In this document: in pieces, positions 40,694 through 49,138 of the stretch
Layout of the letters: each line of letters opens with the position of its first letter
Numbering within the stretch: the stretch's first letter is position 1
NCBI GenBank assembly: GCA_047173105.1
Contig: JBCQVM010000005.1
Coordinates: forward strand, 2,863-66,862
DNA: 64,000 nucleotides
Source: Rikenellaceae bacterium
Lineage (GTDB): Bacteria; Bacteroidota; Bacteroidia; Bacteroidales; Rikenellaceae
Reading direction: 5' to 3'
Notes under the pieces: generated by a model
Database searches by the model: none
Seen by the model: only the letters and a program-made list of their open reading frames with translations
Told to the model about the DNA's origin: nothing
Program-made: the position numbers and the translations under genes

Positions 40694-42157
40694 TTAATCG
40701 TCGGTGTCGTCGTCCGCAACATATATCTGGAAGAGAAGTGGTGCGAAAGGAAGTATCTCGGTTGATATCGACGAGGTGTCGGATGACGAGCTATAGTAGT
40801 AATCATCGTCGTCGTAGCTGTCGTAGCTATAGTAGTCGCTGCCGTAGTAGTTGTAGGAAATATAATAGCTGTAGTAATCAGCGTCACCATTGACTCCCAT
40901 GCTATAGGCATATGTCGACGTGGTAACCATAGCCGCCCAGTTGCCGTAGCGCATATAGGGGATCGCATAGAACCACGCTGTAATGTAGTCATCTTCGTTA
41001 TCCTCTGCGCAGTAAGATATTGCAGTACCTGAAGAATCGGATGTGTTATAAATCAAATCTTTGACCTTGCCGATATTTGTGTCGACAATAAAACCATCTA
41101 ATAGGCGGCAGATATACCATATTGATGCATATTCGTCATCGCCAATTACATCTCCGTTGCTATCGTAGTCGTCATCGAAGAGCTCCTCGACGATAAGGGC
41201 AATCTTGGCATCAAGTGCCGCAATGCCATCGTAGTATGGTGATGAAGGGACAGTCGATGTGTAGGGGTTAATATAGTTAAACGCTGCTCCATCGAAGTTA
41301 AGCGAGTAATATTTGTTGATATAAACATATGGCACATACGGCGTTGCGTTTGTCCATGCATTGGGATCAAGGACTTCATCCTCGTCGCTTGTATCCTCCT
41401 CGTCATCGTCATCATCATCGTCGTCGTCATCATCAACGTCAACGTCGACATTGTTGAACGAATCAGTAGTGATAGTAAGGCCTCCATTGATCATAGCAAA
41501 TGCATTAACTATTTCATTTTCGTGGGTAGTAGGTTGGTAAACGACATTTACAACCTTGATCTTACAGATAAATGGCAATGTGCTAAGTGTAAACTGGCCG
41601 CCGTAACCGCTTGATCCATCTGTACCGTCAGAGCTCGAGATTGACGAAGGTGAATAGAGAGTGAATTCAGCGCCATTGTAGAGCACAACATCATCTTGTT
41701 CTCCAATAGTGAGGTAGCTGGTGAATGCCAAGTGGGTACACTCTAAAATAAGATCGATATCATTGTCCTCGTCGTAATCGGGATTTGATAGGCGATAATA
41801 TGGCACATAGTGTGTGTAGTCGGAGTAGGTGCCCTGTTGCCATGCCACCACGTCGTTGCGTGTTATGCTGACATTGCCGTAGAGATCATAGCCAGTCATG
41901 TCATACTCAACCCAGCAGAGTGAATCGCGAATAGGAATACCCGAGGTGTCGCCGACAGTCACTATGTCGATGTAGTAGCCATCATCCTGTTTGTTTTCCA
42001 AGAGTTCGGGGTAATACAGAGCCATCCAATCGTCGAAGATCTCCTGCTCGACCTCGGTATAGTCGATCGAACTTGATTCTGTACACGAGAACATCGCGAG
42101 GGTTGCGAAGAGCATTAATAGCCCTAAAAGTTTTGTTACGCTATATTTCATCATCAT
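40694..42157 (-). CDS. lipoprotein with FKBP-like segments, an 11-residue poly-Asp run and a Tyr/Asp/Ser-rich C-terminus
   Basis: 487 aa. Lipobox LAMFSC. Internal VDVDVD(11)EEDTSDEDE. C-terminal YYSYYISYNYYGSDYYSYDSYDDDDYYYSSSS. The start directly abuts the stop of the upstream paralogue-like gene. Confidence 0.6.
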   Translation of the reverse strand: MMMKYSVTKLLGLLMLFATLAMFSCTESSSIDYTEVEQEIFDDWMALYYPELLENKQDDGYYIDIVTVGDTSGIPIRDSLCWVEYDMTGYDLYGNVSITRNDVVAWQQGTYSDYTHYVPYYRLSNPDYDEDNDIDLILECTHLAFTSYLTIGEQDDVVLYNGAEFTLYSPSSISSSDGTDGSSGYGGQFTLSTLPFICKIKVVNVVYQPTTHENEIVNAFAMINGGLTITTDSFNNVDVDVDDDDDDDDDDDEEDTSDEDEVLDPNAWTNATPYVPYVYINKYYSLNFDGAAFNYINPYTSTVPSSPYYDGIAALDAKIALIVEELFDDDYDSNGDVIGDDEYASIWYICRLLDGFIVDTNIGKVKDLIYNTSDSSGTAISYCAEDNEDDYITAWFYAIPYMRYGNWAAMVTTSTYAYSMGVNGDADYYSYYISYNYYGSDYYSYDSYDDDDYYYSSSSDTSSISTEILPFAPLLFQIYVADDDTDD

Positions 42158-42769
42158 TTAATTTTCAATACTATCAATGGTACAAAAGAAAGCGATCGGC
42201 TCCTCGAGTGAGGAGAGCCCAATCCAACTGTCGCCATACGCCACATTAAAAGTGAGGTAGAACTCGACGCTATCGCCCTCTCGGCAACCAACTAACGCAG
42301 TTTCAATCGACTTTAGTATATCACCGCTACCTAAAACTATCTCTTTGGGCGAGAAATCCCAATATTCCACATTTAACCCCGCCTCAATGTAGGCATCCTC
42401 ATAGAGAGGATCATTGGTGTAGAGCAGAGTGGAGGAGGAGGGAGCCGAGGTCGTTGTGCTGAAGTCGTAGACCCAAAAGGTGAGCAGCAGTGTGTCGCCA
42501 TCCACCACCTCGCGCTGCGCGTCGCGATCGGTGTTGTAGTAGTCGCTAATGTAGCGATAGACTCTGTTACCGGTGTAGCTATAAAATTCGGGCTGATACT
42601 CCAACGATTCTGCCACATCACTCTCGGCAATAAGCGTTGGTGAGTGGTAGGTAGTCAAGAATGTTTCGATATCCTCGCACTGATCCTCGTATTCATCGTA
42701 GTCATAGTCACTACATGCTCCCACGAGCAGCAGTAGCGAAAGTAGTAATATGTTTCTAATTTTCATCAT
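42158..42769 (-). CDS. FKBP-like lipoprotein (degenerate PPIase fold)
   Basis: 203 aa. Lipobox LLVGACS. LGSGDILKSIETALVGCREGDSVEFYLTFNVAYG resembles the FKBP G.G..I.G.eeaL.gM..G.......aYG core. Confidence 0.5.
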   Translation of the reverse strand: MMKIRNILLLSLLLLVGACSDYDYDEYEDQCEDIETFLTTYHSPTLIAESDVAESLEYQPEFYSYTGNRVYRYISDYYNTDRDAQREVVDGDTLLLTFWVYDFSTTTSAPSSSTLLYTNDPLYEDAYIEAGLNVEYWDFSPKEIVLGSGDILKSIETALVGCREGDSVEFYLTFNVAYGDSWIGLSSLEEPIAFFCTIDSIEN

Positions 42770-42780
42770 ATATAACCTTG

Positions 42781-42788
42781 CAAAGGTA
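42781..42788 (-). promoter_or_regulatory. -7 box TACCTTTG upstream of the FKBP-like lipoprotein pair
   Basis: The plus strand reads CAAAGGTA, only 12 nt from the ATG at 42769. This implies a very short leader. Confidence 0.3.
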
Positions 42789-42881
42789 AGAAAAAGTTAG
42801 TAAAATAACGCAGCCGAGGCGCTTTTTCTTATTAAAAATGAAAATAAAAAAGAAAAAAACATTATTCTCGCTGCTTCTCCT

Positions 42882-42983
42882 CGTCATCCTCGCCCCCTCT
42901 CCACGTCATCCTCGCGAACGCGGGGATCTTAAATGAGCAACATTGCAGAAAGTCTAAGATTCTCAATCGAGTCGGGAATGACG
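42882..42983. repeat. family-A element (CCTCGCG/CGCGGGG stem variant)
   Basis: CGTCATCCTCGCCCCCTCTCCACGTCATCCTCGCGAACGCGGGGATCTTA ... TAAGATTCTCAATCGAGTCGGGAATGACG. Confidence 0.82.
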
Positions 42984-43030
42984 ATAGAGAATTGTTATTT
43001 ACCTAAATAAATAACAAAGCCAATGCCAAC

Positions 43031-43624
43031 CTACAACTGCTTAAGCGCCAAGCGTATAAGCGTCTCCACAGGCAAGTCGGGCGTATCCTTTAGTATCGCC
43101 TTGATGCTCTTCTCGCTTGCCGCCTTGGGGAATCCCAACATCATCAATGCCTCGAGCGCCTCGCCGGCCGCCTGACTCTCTTGTGCCGCTACGGGGAGCA
43201 CTACACCAACATCCTCGCCGCCAATCGCACCTACTTTGCCGGTTAGCTCCACGATAATCTTCTGTGCTGTTTTTAGGCCAAGCCCCTTGACATTCTTCAA
43301 CAGCACGGCATTCTCGGTGGTGATTATGCTTTGCAGCTCACGCGGGCTGTATGTCGAGAGAACCATGCGCGCGGTGTTGCCACCTACGCCCGAGACGCTG
43401 ATGAGCAGCCTAAAAAGCTCGCGTTCGCTCTTGGTAGCGAAGCCGTAGAAGATCTGCGCATCCTCCCTAACCACGTAGTGGATAAAGAGTTTGGCTTGCT
43501 GCTCATGCTCGATTGTCGCATAGGTCTCAAGCGAGATGTTGATAAGGTATCCTACACCTGCCGTGTCGATAATAACTGTGGTTGGGTTGAGCTCTGCGAT
43601 CTGCCCCGAGATATATTCGTACAT
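43031..43624 (-). CDS. ruvA: Holliday junction branch migration protein RuvA
   Basis: I prefer the internal ATG at 43624 (MYEYISGQI...), which matches the canonical RuvA N-terminus. HhH motifs (GVGGNTA, GLGLKTAQKI). Confidence 0.9.
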   Translation of the reverse strand: MYEYISGQIAELNPTTVIIDTAGVGYLINISLETYATIEHEQQAKLFIHYVVREDAQIFYGFATKSERELFRLLISVSGVGGNTARMVLSTYSPRELQSIITTENAVLLKNVKGLGLKTAQKIIVELTGKVGAIGGEDVGVVLPVAAQESQAAGEALEALMMLGFPKAASEKSIKAILKDTPDLPVETLIRLALKQL

Positions 43625-43717
43625 AATAATTCTTTCAAAAAGTTTATAGTTGTACAAAAGTAAATAAATTTTTCTATCTTTGCCTCTTGGATGACAAATT
43701 TAAATTCAAAAAACAAT

Positions 43718-44296
43718 ATGAAAAAATTACTTATGATCTTCGCGGCAGCTATCGTGGCTACTGCATGTAACACTACTGCTCCTGCCACAACCTCAGCCGA
43801 GGGCGTTGCAGTCGAGGTTGCTACACAGGGCGACATCGCCTATGTTTATGGTGAGCGTGTAATCGCTCAGAGCGAGATTTTCCTTACCGAGGGCGTTGCA
43901 CTTCGCACCAAGGGTGAGAATGCTCAAGCATCGTGGGCAAAGAGCGAGCAAGGTTTCCAGTATGAGGCTAACCAGCTCCAAGAGAAGTACCAAAAGGGAC
44001 TTATCACAACTGCTAACGCGCAGAAGCAACAGTCCGAGATTGAGGCTCGCGTGAGAACCTTCCAAACAAATGTTCAGAAAGAGGCTCAAACCCTCGAGGA
44101 GGAGAACTACGTATTCTCGAACCGCGTTCAGGATCTCTTTGTGCGCGCCGTGCAGCAGCTCAACGCTTCCAAAGATTATAAGATGATCATCGACGCTTCG
44201 TCGGTTATCGACGCTGATCCATCGCTCGACCTTTCGGATCGCGTATTGGAGATCGTCAACGAGCTTTACGCTGCCGAGCAGAAAGCTAATAAGTAG
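43718..44296 (+). CDS. OmpH/Skp-family periplasmic chaperone (lipoprotein form)
   Basis: The ATG at 43718 gives MKKLLMIFAAAIVATAC. Coiled-coil Gln/Glu-rich body typical of OmpH. Confidence 0.78.
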   Translation: MKKLLMIFAAAIVATACNTTAPATTSAEGVAVEVATQGDIAYVYGERVIAQSEIFLTEGVALRTKGENAQASWAKSEQGFQYEANQLQEKYQKGLITTANAQKQQSEIEARVRTFQTNVQKEAQTLEEENYVFSNRVQDLFVRAVQQLNASKDYKMIIDASSVIDADPSLDLSDRVLEIVNELYAAEQKANK

Positions 44297-44322
44297 TTTT
44301 AAAATAAAGAATTAAGCACGCT

Positions 44323-45123
44323 ATGTGGTTTGTGCCATTTTCGCTCAGGGATTTAGTAGATATCCTTTTGGTTGCGATGATAATGTTTTGGATTTATCGC
44401 GCAACTAAGGGTACTAATGCACCATATATCCTCACCGGAATCATCGCAATTTATATGCTTTGGGTGGTCGTTAAGACCCTCAATATGGAGCTGTTATCAT
44501 CTATCCTTGGGCAGATTATATCGGTGGGTGTGATAGCGATGATCGTGGTGTTCCAGCCCGAGATAAGGCGCTTCCTACAGATGATCGGAATGCGGCAGAA
44601 GAGGTTAGGGTTTATTATGAACATCTTCTCGTCGCACCAAGTGAGCTCTACAGCCAACATCGACCCCATCGTGGTTGCATGTGCCGATATGGCCGCTTCA
44701 CGCACCGGAGCGCTGATCGTAATTGGTCAGCAGAGCGACCTGCGACTGATCACCGATGGAGGTGTGGCGCTCGATGCCAAGCTCTCGACGCAACTGCTCA
44801 AAAATATATTCTTTAAAAATTCGCCACTCCATGATGGAGCTGTGGTATTGGCGGGCGACCGCGTTGTAGCAGCGAAGTGTATCCTCCCAGTGACTCAGAG
44901 CGAGACACCTCAATCCTACGGCACACGCCACTTAGCTGCAATCGGAATCTCGGAGATCTCCGATGCCGTAGTCTTAGTTGTCTCTGAGGAGAGCGGCCAG
45001 ATCTCTATCGCGCAAGGTGGACACCTCTACCGCAATCTCGAGACCGATCGCCTCACTCAAATATTACAAAGGTTCCTCTCTGTGAGTCGCCGCCGGGAGA
45101 CAGCCGAGGAGGTGCGAGAATAG
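44323..45123 (+). CDS. cdaA: diadenylate cyclase CdaA
   Basis: 266 aa. Three N-terminal TM helices, DAC domain with GALIVI, PLHDGAVV, and GTRH motifs. Confidence 0.9.
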   Translation: MWFVPFSLRDLVDILLVAMIMFWIYRATKGTNAPYILTGIIAIYMLWVVVKTLNMELLSSILGQIISVGVIAMIVVFQPEIRRFLQMIGMRQKRLGFIMNIFSSHQVSSTANIDPIVVACADMAASRTGALIVIGQQSDLRLITDGGVALDAKLSTQLLKNIFFKNSPLHDGAVVLAGDRVVAAKCILPVTQSETPQSYGTRHLAAIGISEISDAVVLVVSEESGQISIAQGGHLYRNLETDRLTQILQRFLSVSRRRETAEEVRE

Positions 45124-45131
45124 TTTTTAAG

Positions 45132-45159
45132 TTAGGAGTTAGGAGTTAGGAGTTAGGAG
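45132..45159. repeat. heptad tandem repeat TTAGGAG x4
   Basis: Immediately after the cdaA stop. The reverse complement AACTCCTAA recurs at 45411-45419 on the other side of the family-A array. Confidence 0.8.
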
Positions 45160-45195
45160 TTGCGACGAGCGATTTTTGACTCCTACTTTTTTTAC

Positions 45196-45402
45196 ACGTC
45201 ATTCCCGCGCCGCCTCACGTCATTCCCCGACTCCTGCACGTCATTCCCCAACTCCTGCACGTCATTCCCAACTCCTGCACGTCATTCCCCAACTCCTGCA
45301 CGTCATTCCCCAACTCCTGCACGTCATTCCCGTGAAAACGGGAATCTTAAAGACCTATTACTACAAGCATATTTAAGATTCCCGATCAAGTCGGGAATGA
45401 CG
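45196..45402. repeat. family-A element preceded by ~6 tandem 21-bp copies of its left terminus
   Basis: ACGTCATTCCCCAACTCCTGC repeated (one 20-bp copy, first copy divergent). Followed by a complete element ACGTCATTCCCGTGAAAACGGGAATCTTA ... TTAAGATTCCCGATCAAGTCGGGAATGACG. Confidence 0.9.
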
Positions 45403-45414
45403 ATAGGTTAACTC

Positions 45415-46407
45415 CTAATATATCCCCGCAAACAGCTCATCGGTCGTTGCGACCGCAGTACGATCTGCCGAGAAGATATTCACGCCCAATTCGCGCGCGA
45501 TATACTCCAATGCCTCCTGCCCCTTTGTGGAGTTGCCTGCACCATCGAGCGGAGGGGCAAAAGTCGCTATGCCCATCACGCCGGGCACCACTGCCATAAT
45601 GCCACCTCCCACGCCCGATTTTGCGGGCAGACCTGTGCGATACATCCAATCGCCGGTGGCCTCATAAAACCCCACTGTCGACATCAGCGAGACAATATTT
45701 GGCGAAAGGTTCGGCTTAAAAACCTGCTCCCCCGAGATCGGGTTGCTGCCCGAGTAGGCTATCGTCGCTGCCGCCACAGCAAGCTGCTGTGCGCTGATCG
45801 AGAGCGAACATTGGCGTGTGTAGAGATCGAGCGAGCTCTCCGGGTCGTCGTAGATGCGCTCGTAGTTCTGGAGCAGCCACGCAATAGAGCGGTTGTTGAA
45901 ATTCGTCTCCGACTCCGAGGCATAGAGCTCGTCCAAGAGCGAAACCTTGGAGCCCACCATCGCCTCGATAAATCCGCGTATCGCCTCCCACTTCGCTGTG
46001 GCATCGCCCTGCGGCTTGATCGCCGAGCAGGCTGCAATAGCTCCCGCATTGACCAACGGCGTCGAGGGATGCTCCGCCTCGAGTAAGATCGCGAGGATCG
46101 AGTTGAAGGGCATGCCCGTAGCATCCGCCCCAATCATCTCGAGGAGCTTGTCGGCACCCCATTGCTCCATCGCCAAGATGGCTGTAAAGACCTTCGAAAT
46201 GGACTCTATGCCAAAGTGATAGGTGGTGTCGCCCACCTCCACCAAATGGCCATTGGTCATGCAGACAGAGATCCCAAAGAGATCGGAGGGAACGTCGCGC
46301 AGATAGGGGATGTAGTCGGCATTCTTGCCCCCAGTGTGTCCCTTGATTGAGTCGTAGGCACCCTGCACCACCTGCTCAACCTCCTTGTAAGTAATTATTC
46401 TTTGCAT
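45415..46407 (-). CDS. glsA: glutaminase A
   Basis: I prefer the ATG at 46407 (MQRIITYKEVE...). The longer track ORF reads into a repeat element. Motifs: ADYIP.L, SISKVF, NAGAI, KSGVGGGI. Confidence 0.92.
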   Translation of the reverse strand: MQRIITYKEVEQVVQGAYDSIKGHTGGKNADYIPYLRDVPSDLFGISVCMTNGHLVEVGDTTYHFGIESISKVFTAILAMEQWGADKLLEMIGADATGMPFNSILAILLEAEHPSTPLVNAGAIAACSAIKPQGDATAKWEAIRGFIEAMVGSKVSLLDELYASESETNFNNRSIAWLLQNYERIYDDPESSLDLYTRQCSLSISAQQLAVAAATIAYSGSNPISGEQVFKPNLSPNIVSLMSTVGFYEATGDWMYRTGLPAKSGVGGGIMAVVPGVMGIATFAPPLDGAGNSTKGQEALEYIARELGVNIFSADRTAVATTDELFAGIY

Positions 46408-46444
46408 ATTTAGATTGTTTAAATGTTGTTTTTGGTTTGGCTTC

Positions 46445-46786
46445 TTACTGCCTCCGGCGGGTGGGGATAGCACCCCCACGGGTGCAAACTTTTATTGCGT
46501 ATTGGGCTTAGAGCTTTTAGAAATTTATTAAATGCCTTTGGCATTTAAACCCAATTCGAAGATGATACACCTCTCTTATAACTGTCGATCTTGCAAGCTG
46601 ATTTTAATTCGGATTGAGTTTAAATGCCTTCAGGCATTTAAGAAATTTTGAAGTGTAATAGTTTGTGCAAATTCATTTGTGGCAAACTATTACAGTTCAA
46701 AATCTTAGAGCAAAGCTCTAAGCTCAAACCGCAGCAATTATATGCACCCGTGGGGGTGCCATCCCCACCCGCCGGAGGCAGTAAGA
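46445..46786. repeat. ~340-bp composite palindrome bounded by inverted family-B copies (46445-46489 and 46742-46785), MITE-like
   Basis: The termini are reverse complements with 1-2 mismatches. Nested inverted matches: GGGCTTAGAGCTTT / AAAGCTCTAAGC, and TTAAATGCC..GGCATTTAA at 46528-46548 and ~46619-46640. An extra hairpin lies at 46655-46693. Confidence 0.8.
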
Positions 46787-46792
46787 GAGCGG

Positions 46793-48262
46793 TTAATTCT
46801 CAGGAGACTCAAAGTGAAACGGTGCGAAGTGGTCATTCTGGTCTTTACTTTTCCATTCGGGCTTGCGCAGGGCGAAGATTATGAATGGGGCGGCGACCAC
46901 GATGAGGCAACCGACGATCAGCACAGCGAACCATACGGCGTTGCTACCTGTCGATATCTGGCTGGGGGGTATGAAGCTAAGCACGAATGCGAGCAGCGAG
47001 CCGAAGAACCCCAAGAGCCCGAGGATCCACATCACGCCATTTCCGCGTCCGAGGCGGAATGGGCGGGCTGTTTTGGGCATCTTATATCGCAGAGCGATGG
47101 CTGCGGCAAACATCAGCATATACATCACCAAGTAGAGCAGCACGGTGAGCTGCGAGAGGATCTGGTAGAACGACTGCACGGAGGGCATCACCACAAATAG
47201 TAGCGAGAGCAGAGTCACGATGGCGCCCTGAATCAGCAGGATGTTGCGCTGCACGCCAATCTTGTTGCTACGCTGAAAGAATGGAGGTAGGTAGCCCGCC
47301 TTGCCCACCGCGAAGATACCTTTGGAGGGGCCTGCAACCCATGTGAGCACACCTGCTAACACACCGAACATCAGCGCAATGGCGAAGATGGGCGACACCC
47401 ACGAGAGGTGGAAGTAGCTTAGGTAGCGATCGACGCCAATGAGCAGCGACTGCGTGAGGTTAATCTGGTCGGCAGGGATGATCACGCCCAAGGCGAATGT
47501 GCCCAAGACGAAGATAAGCACAGTGACCAGCGAGCCTAAGATAATGGCCTTGGGGTAGTTGTGCGAGGGATCCTTGACATCCATCACGTGAATTCCCATC
47601 ATCTCCATTCCGGCATAAAAGAGGAAGATGCTGCTTGCAAGCACTATATTGTCGAGCTTCGAGAGGTCAGGCACGAAGCTCTGAGTCATATCGAGGTTGT
47701 TGTGGCCGCCCGAGATGAGGTAGGCAGCGCCCATGATTATAAGGAGCGCCGCAGGGATGATGGTGCCGATCATACCTCCCCACTTGCTAATCTTACCCAC
47801 CCAGCTAAGTCCCTTCAGAGCAATGAAAGTGGCTATCCAGTAGATCGCAAGCACCACGCAGAGGGTGAAGATCTTGTTGGATGCCAACGCTGCATCGGTG
47901 GTCATATCGATGCCGATAAAGGCGATTGACACCGCGCCAAAGGTGAGCACCGTGGGGTACCAAATGGTTGATTCTATCCATTGCAGCCAGATAGCCAGAA
48001 AGCCGGTGCGAGCACCAAATGCCTCACCCACCCATCGAAAAACACCACCCTGTTTATCGGAAAACATCGCAGCTAACTCGGCTGCTACCAATGCCGTAGG
48101 AATCAGAAATACGATCGCCGCAAAGAGGTAGTAGAATGCCGACGAGAGTCCATAGACCGCCTCGGAGGCCAATCCGCGCAGACTCACCACCGCCGTAACA
48201 TTCATTATGGCCAGAGTCATCACGCTGAGTTTAAAACCAGTAGAACTTTTTTTTATCTCCAT
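46793..48262 (-). CDS. APC-superfamily amino acid permease, glutamate/GABA-antiporter-like
   Basis: I prefer the ATG at 48262 (MEIKKSSTGFKLS...). About 12 TM helices and an APC N-terminal signature. Lies upstream of glsA on the same strand. Confidence 0.82.
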   Translation of the reverse strand: MEIKKSSTGFKLSVMTLAIMNVTAVVSLRGLASEAVYGLSSAFYYLFAAIVFLIPTALVAAELAAMFSDKQGGVFRWVGEAFGARTGFLAIWLQWIESTIWYPTVLTFGAVSIAFIGIDMTTDAALASNKIFTLCVVLAIYWIATFIALKGLSWVGKISKWGGMIGTIIPAALLIIMGAAYLISGGHNNLDMTQSFVPDLSKLDNIVLASSIFLFYAGMEMMGIHVMDVKDPSHNYPKAIILGSLVTVLIFVLGTFALGVIIPADQINLTQSLLIGVDRYLSYFHLSWVSPIFAIALMFGVLAGVLTWVAGPSKGIFAVGKAGYLPPFFQRSNKIGVQRNILLIQGAIVTLLSLLFVVMPSVQSFYQILSQLTVLLYLVMYMLMFAAAIALRYKMPKTARPFRLGRGNGVMWILGLLGFFGSLLAFVLSFIPPSQISTGSNAVWFAVLIVGCLIVVAAPFIIFALRKPEWKSKDQNDHFAPFHFESPEN

Positions 48263-48408
48263 AGTTCGTTTTATTAAGAATTTTGTTGTACCTTTGGTAT
48301 GCAACTATCGTGCAAAGGGCGACAAGCCCAAAATAGTAGTATAACTTTGACTTATTCAACTATAAGAAAAGGTGATCGGATTTATTAGGAATATAAGAAA
48401 AACATTAA

Positions 48409-48416
48409 TACCTTTG
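48409..48416 (+). promoter_or_regulatory. -7 box TACCTTTG upstream of the rubrerythrin gene
   Basis: TAnnTTTG match 60 nt before the ATG. No clean -33 TTTG. Confidence 0.35.
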
Positions 48417-48475
48417 CACTACAAACAAGAAACAAACATTTAAAAATAAAACACAAACTTTTAAAATTAAGTATT

Positions 48476-49033
48476 ATGGCAAAGACATGGCGTTGTACCG
48501 TATGCGGTCACATTCACGAAGGAAACGAGGCACCAGCAGTGTGCCCACTATGTAAAAAAGGAGCAGAATTTTTTGTTGAGGTAGTAGAGCAAGCTGCCGA
48601 CGCACCATTAGTATTCGTAACAGAGCACAAGTTGGGCGACGCAGCAGGCGCAAGCGCAGAGCTTATGGAGGGTCTCAACGCACACTTCAGCGGCGAGTGC
48701 TCGGAGGTTGGCCAATATTTGGCAATGAGCCGTCAGGCAGACCGCGAGGGATATCCCGAGATCGCTGAGGCTTTCAAGCGTTACGCAATCGAGGAGGCTG
48801 AGCACGCATCGAAGTTCGCTGAGCTTTTGGGTGAGGTTGTTTGGGACACTAAGACTAACCTTATGAAGCGTATGAATGCTGAGAGCGGTGCTTGCGAGGA
48901 CAAGATGCGCTTGGCTCGCTTGGCTAAAGAGCAGAACCTCGATGCAGTTCACGACACAGTTCACGAGATGGCTAAGGACGAGGCTCGTCACGGCGCTGGC
49001 TTCCAAGGACTTTACAACCGCTACTTCAAATAG
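48476..49033 (+). CDS. reverse rubrerythrin (N-terminal rubredoxin-like CxxC..CxxC, C-terminal diiron ferritin-like domain)
   Basis: 185 aa. WRCTVCGH...CPLCK at the N-terminus. EEAEHA and KDEARH diiron ligand motifs follow. Confidence 0.88.
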   Translation: MAKTWRCTVCGHIHEGNEAPAVCPLCKKGAEFFVEVVEQAADAPLVFVTEHKLGDAAGASAELMEGLNAHFSGECSEVGQYLAMSRQADREGYPEIAEAFKRYAIEEAEHASKFAELLGEVVWDTKTNLMKRMNAESGACEDKMRLARLAKEQNLDAVHDTVHEMAKDEARHGAGFQGLYNRYFK

Positions 49034-49065
49034 TCTGCGGCTAAATTAACCCTCGGGCAATATTA

Positions 49066-49104
49066 AAAACGTGAGTTAGATTGATTCTAACTCACGTTTT
49101 TTTT
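49066..49104 (+). terminator. rho-independent terminator of the rubrerythrin gene
   Basis: Stem ACGTGAGTTAG / CTAACTCACGT (11 bp), 7-nt loop, then T8. Confidence 0.8.
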
Positions 49105-49138
49105 GCATTATAGTATTGCGCCGTGGGCTCGACTAAAC

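Noticed and set aside
41146-41487. 113-aa alternative-frame ORF (MMTTTMMMTMT...).
   Set aside because: It is the same strand but a shifted frame across the GAT/GAC poly-Asp run of the lipoprotein gene, so it is an artefact.
45196-45330. Possible CRISPR array (regularly spaced ACGTCATTCCC repeats). The same question applies at 35386-35485 and 63293-63368.
   Set aside because: Units are only 19-25 bp in total. The 'spacers' within a locus are identical to each other, and no cas genes or leader are present. These are plain tandem repeats.
45160-45411. ORFs 45160..45411 and 45176..45376 (+), with HSPTPARHSPTPAR-type repeats.
   Set aside because: They are read-throughs of the 21-bp tandem family-A repeat array. 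They show no RBS or promoter context and no coding-like composition.
46648-47200. ORFs 46648..46884 and 46742..47200 (+).
   Set aside because: They start inside the composite palindrome and run antisense into the permease gene, so they are not credible.
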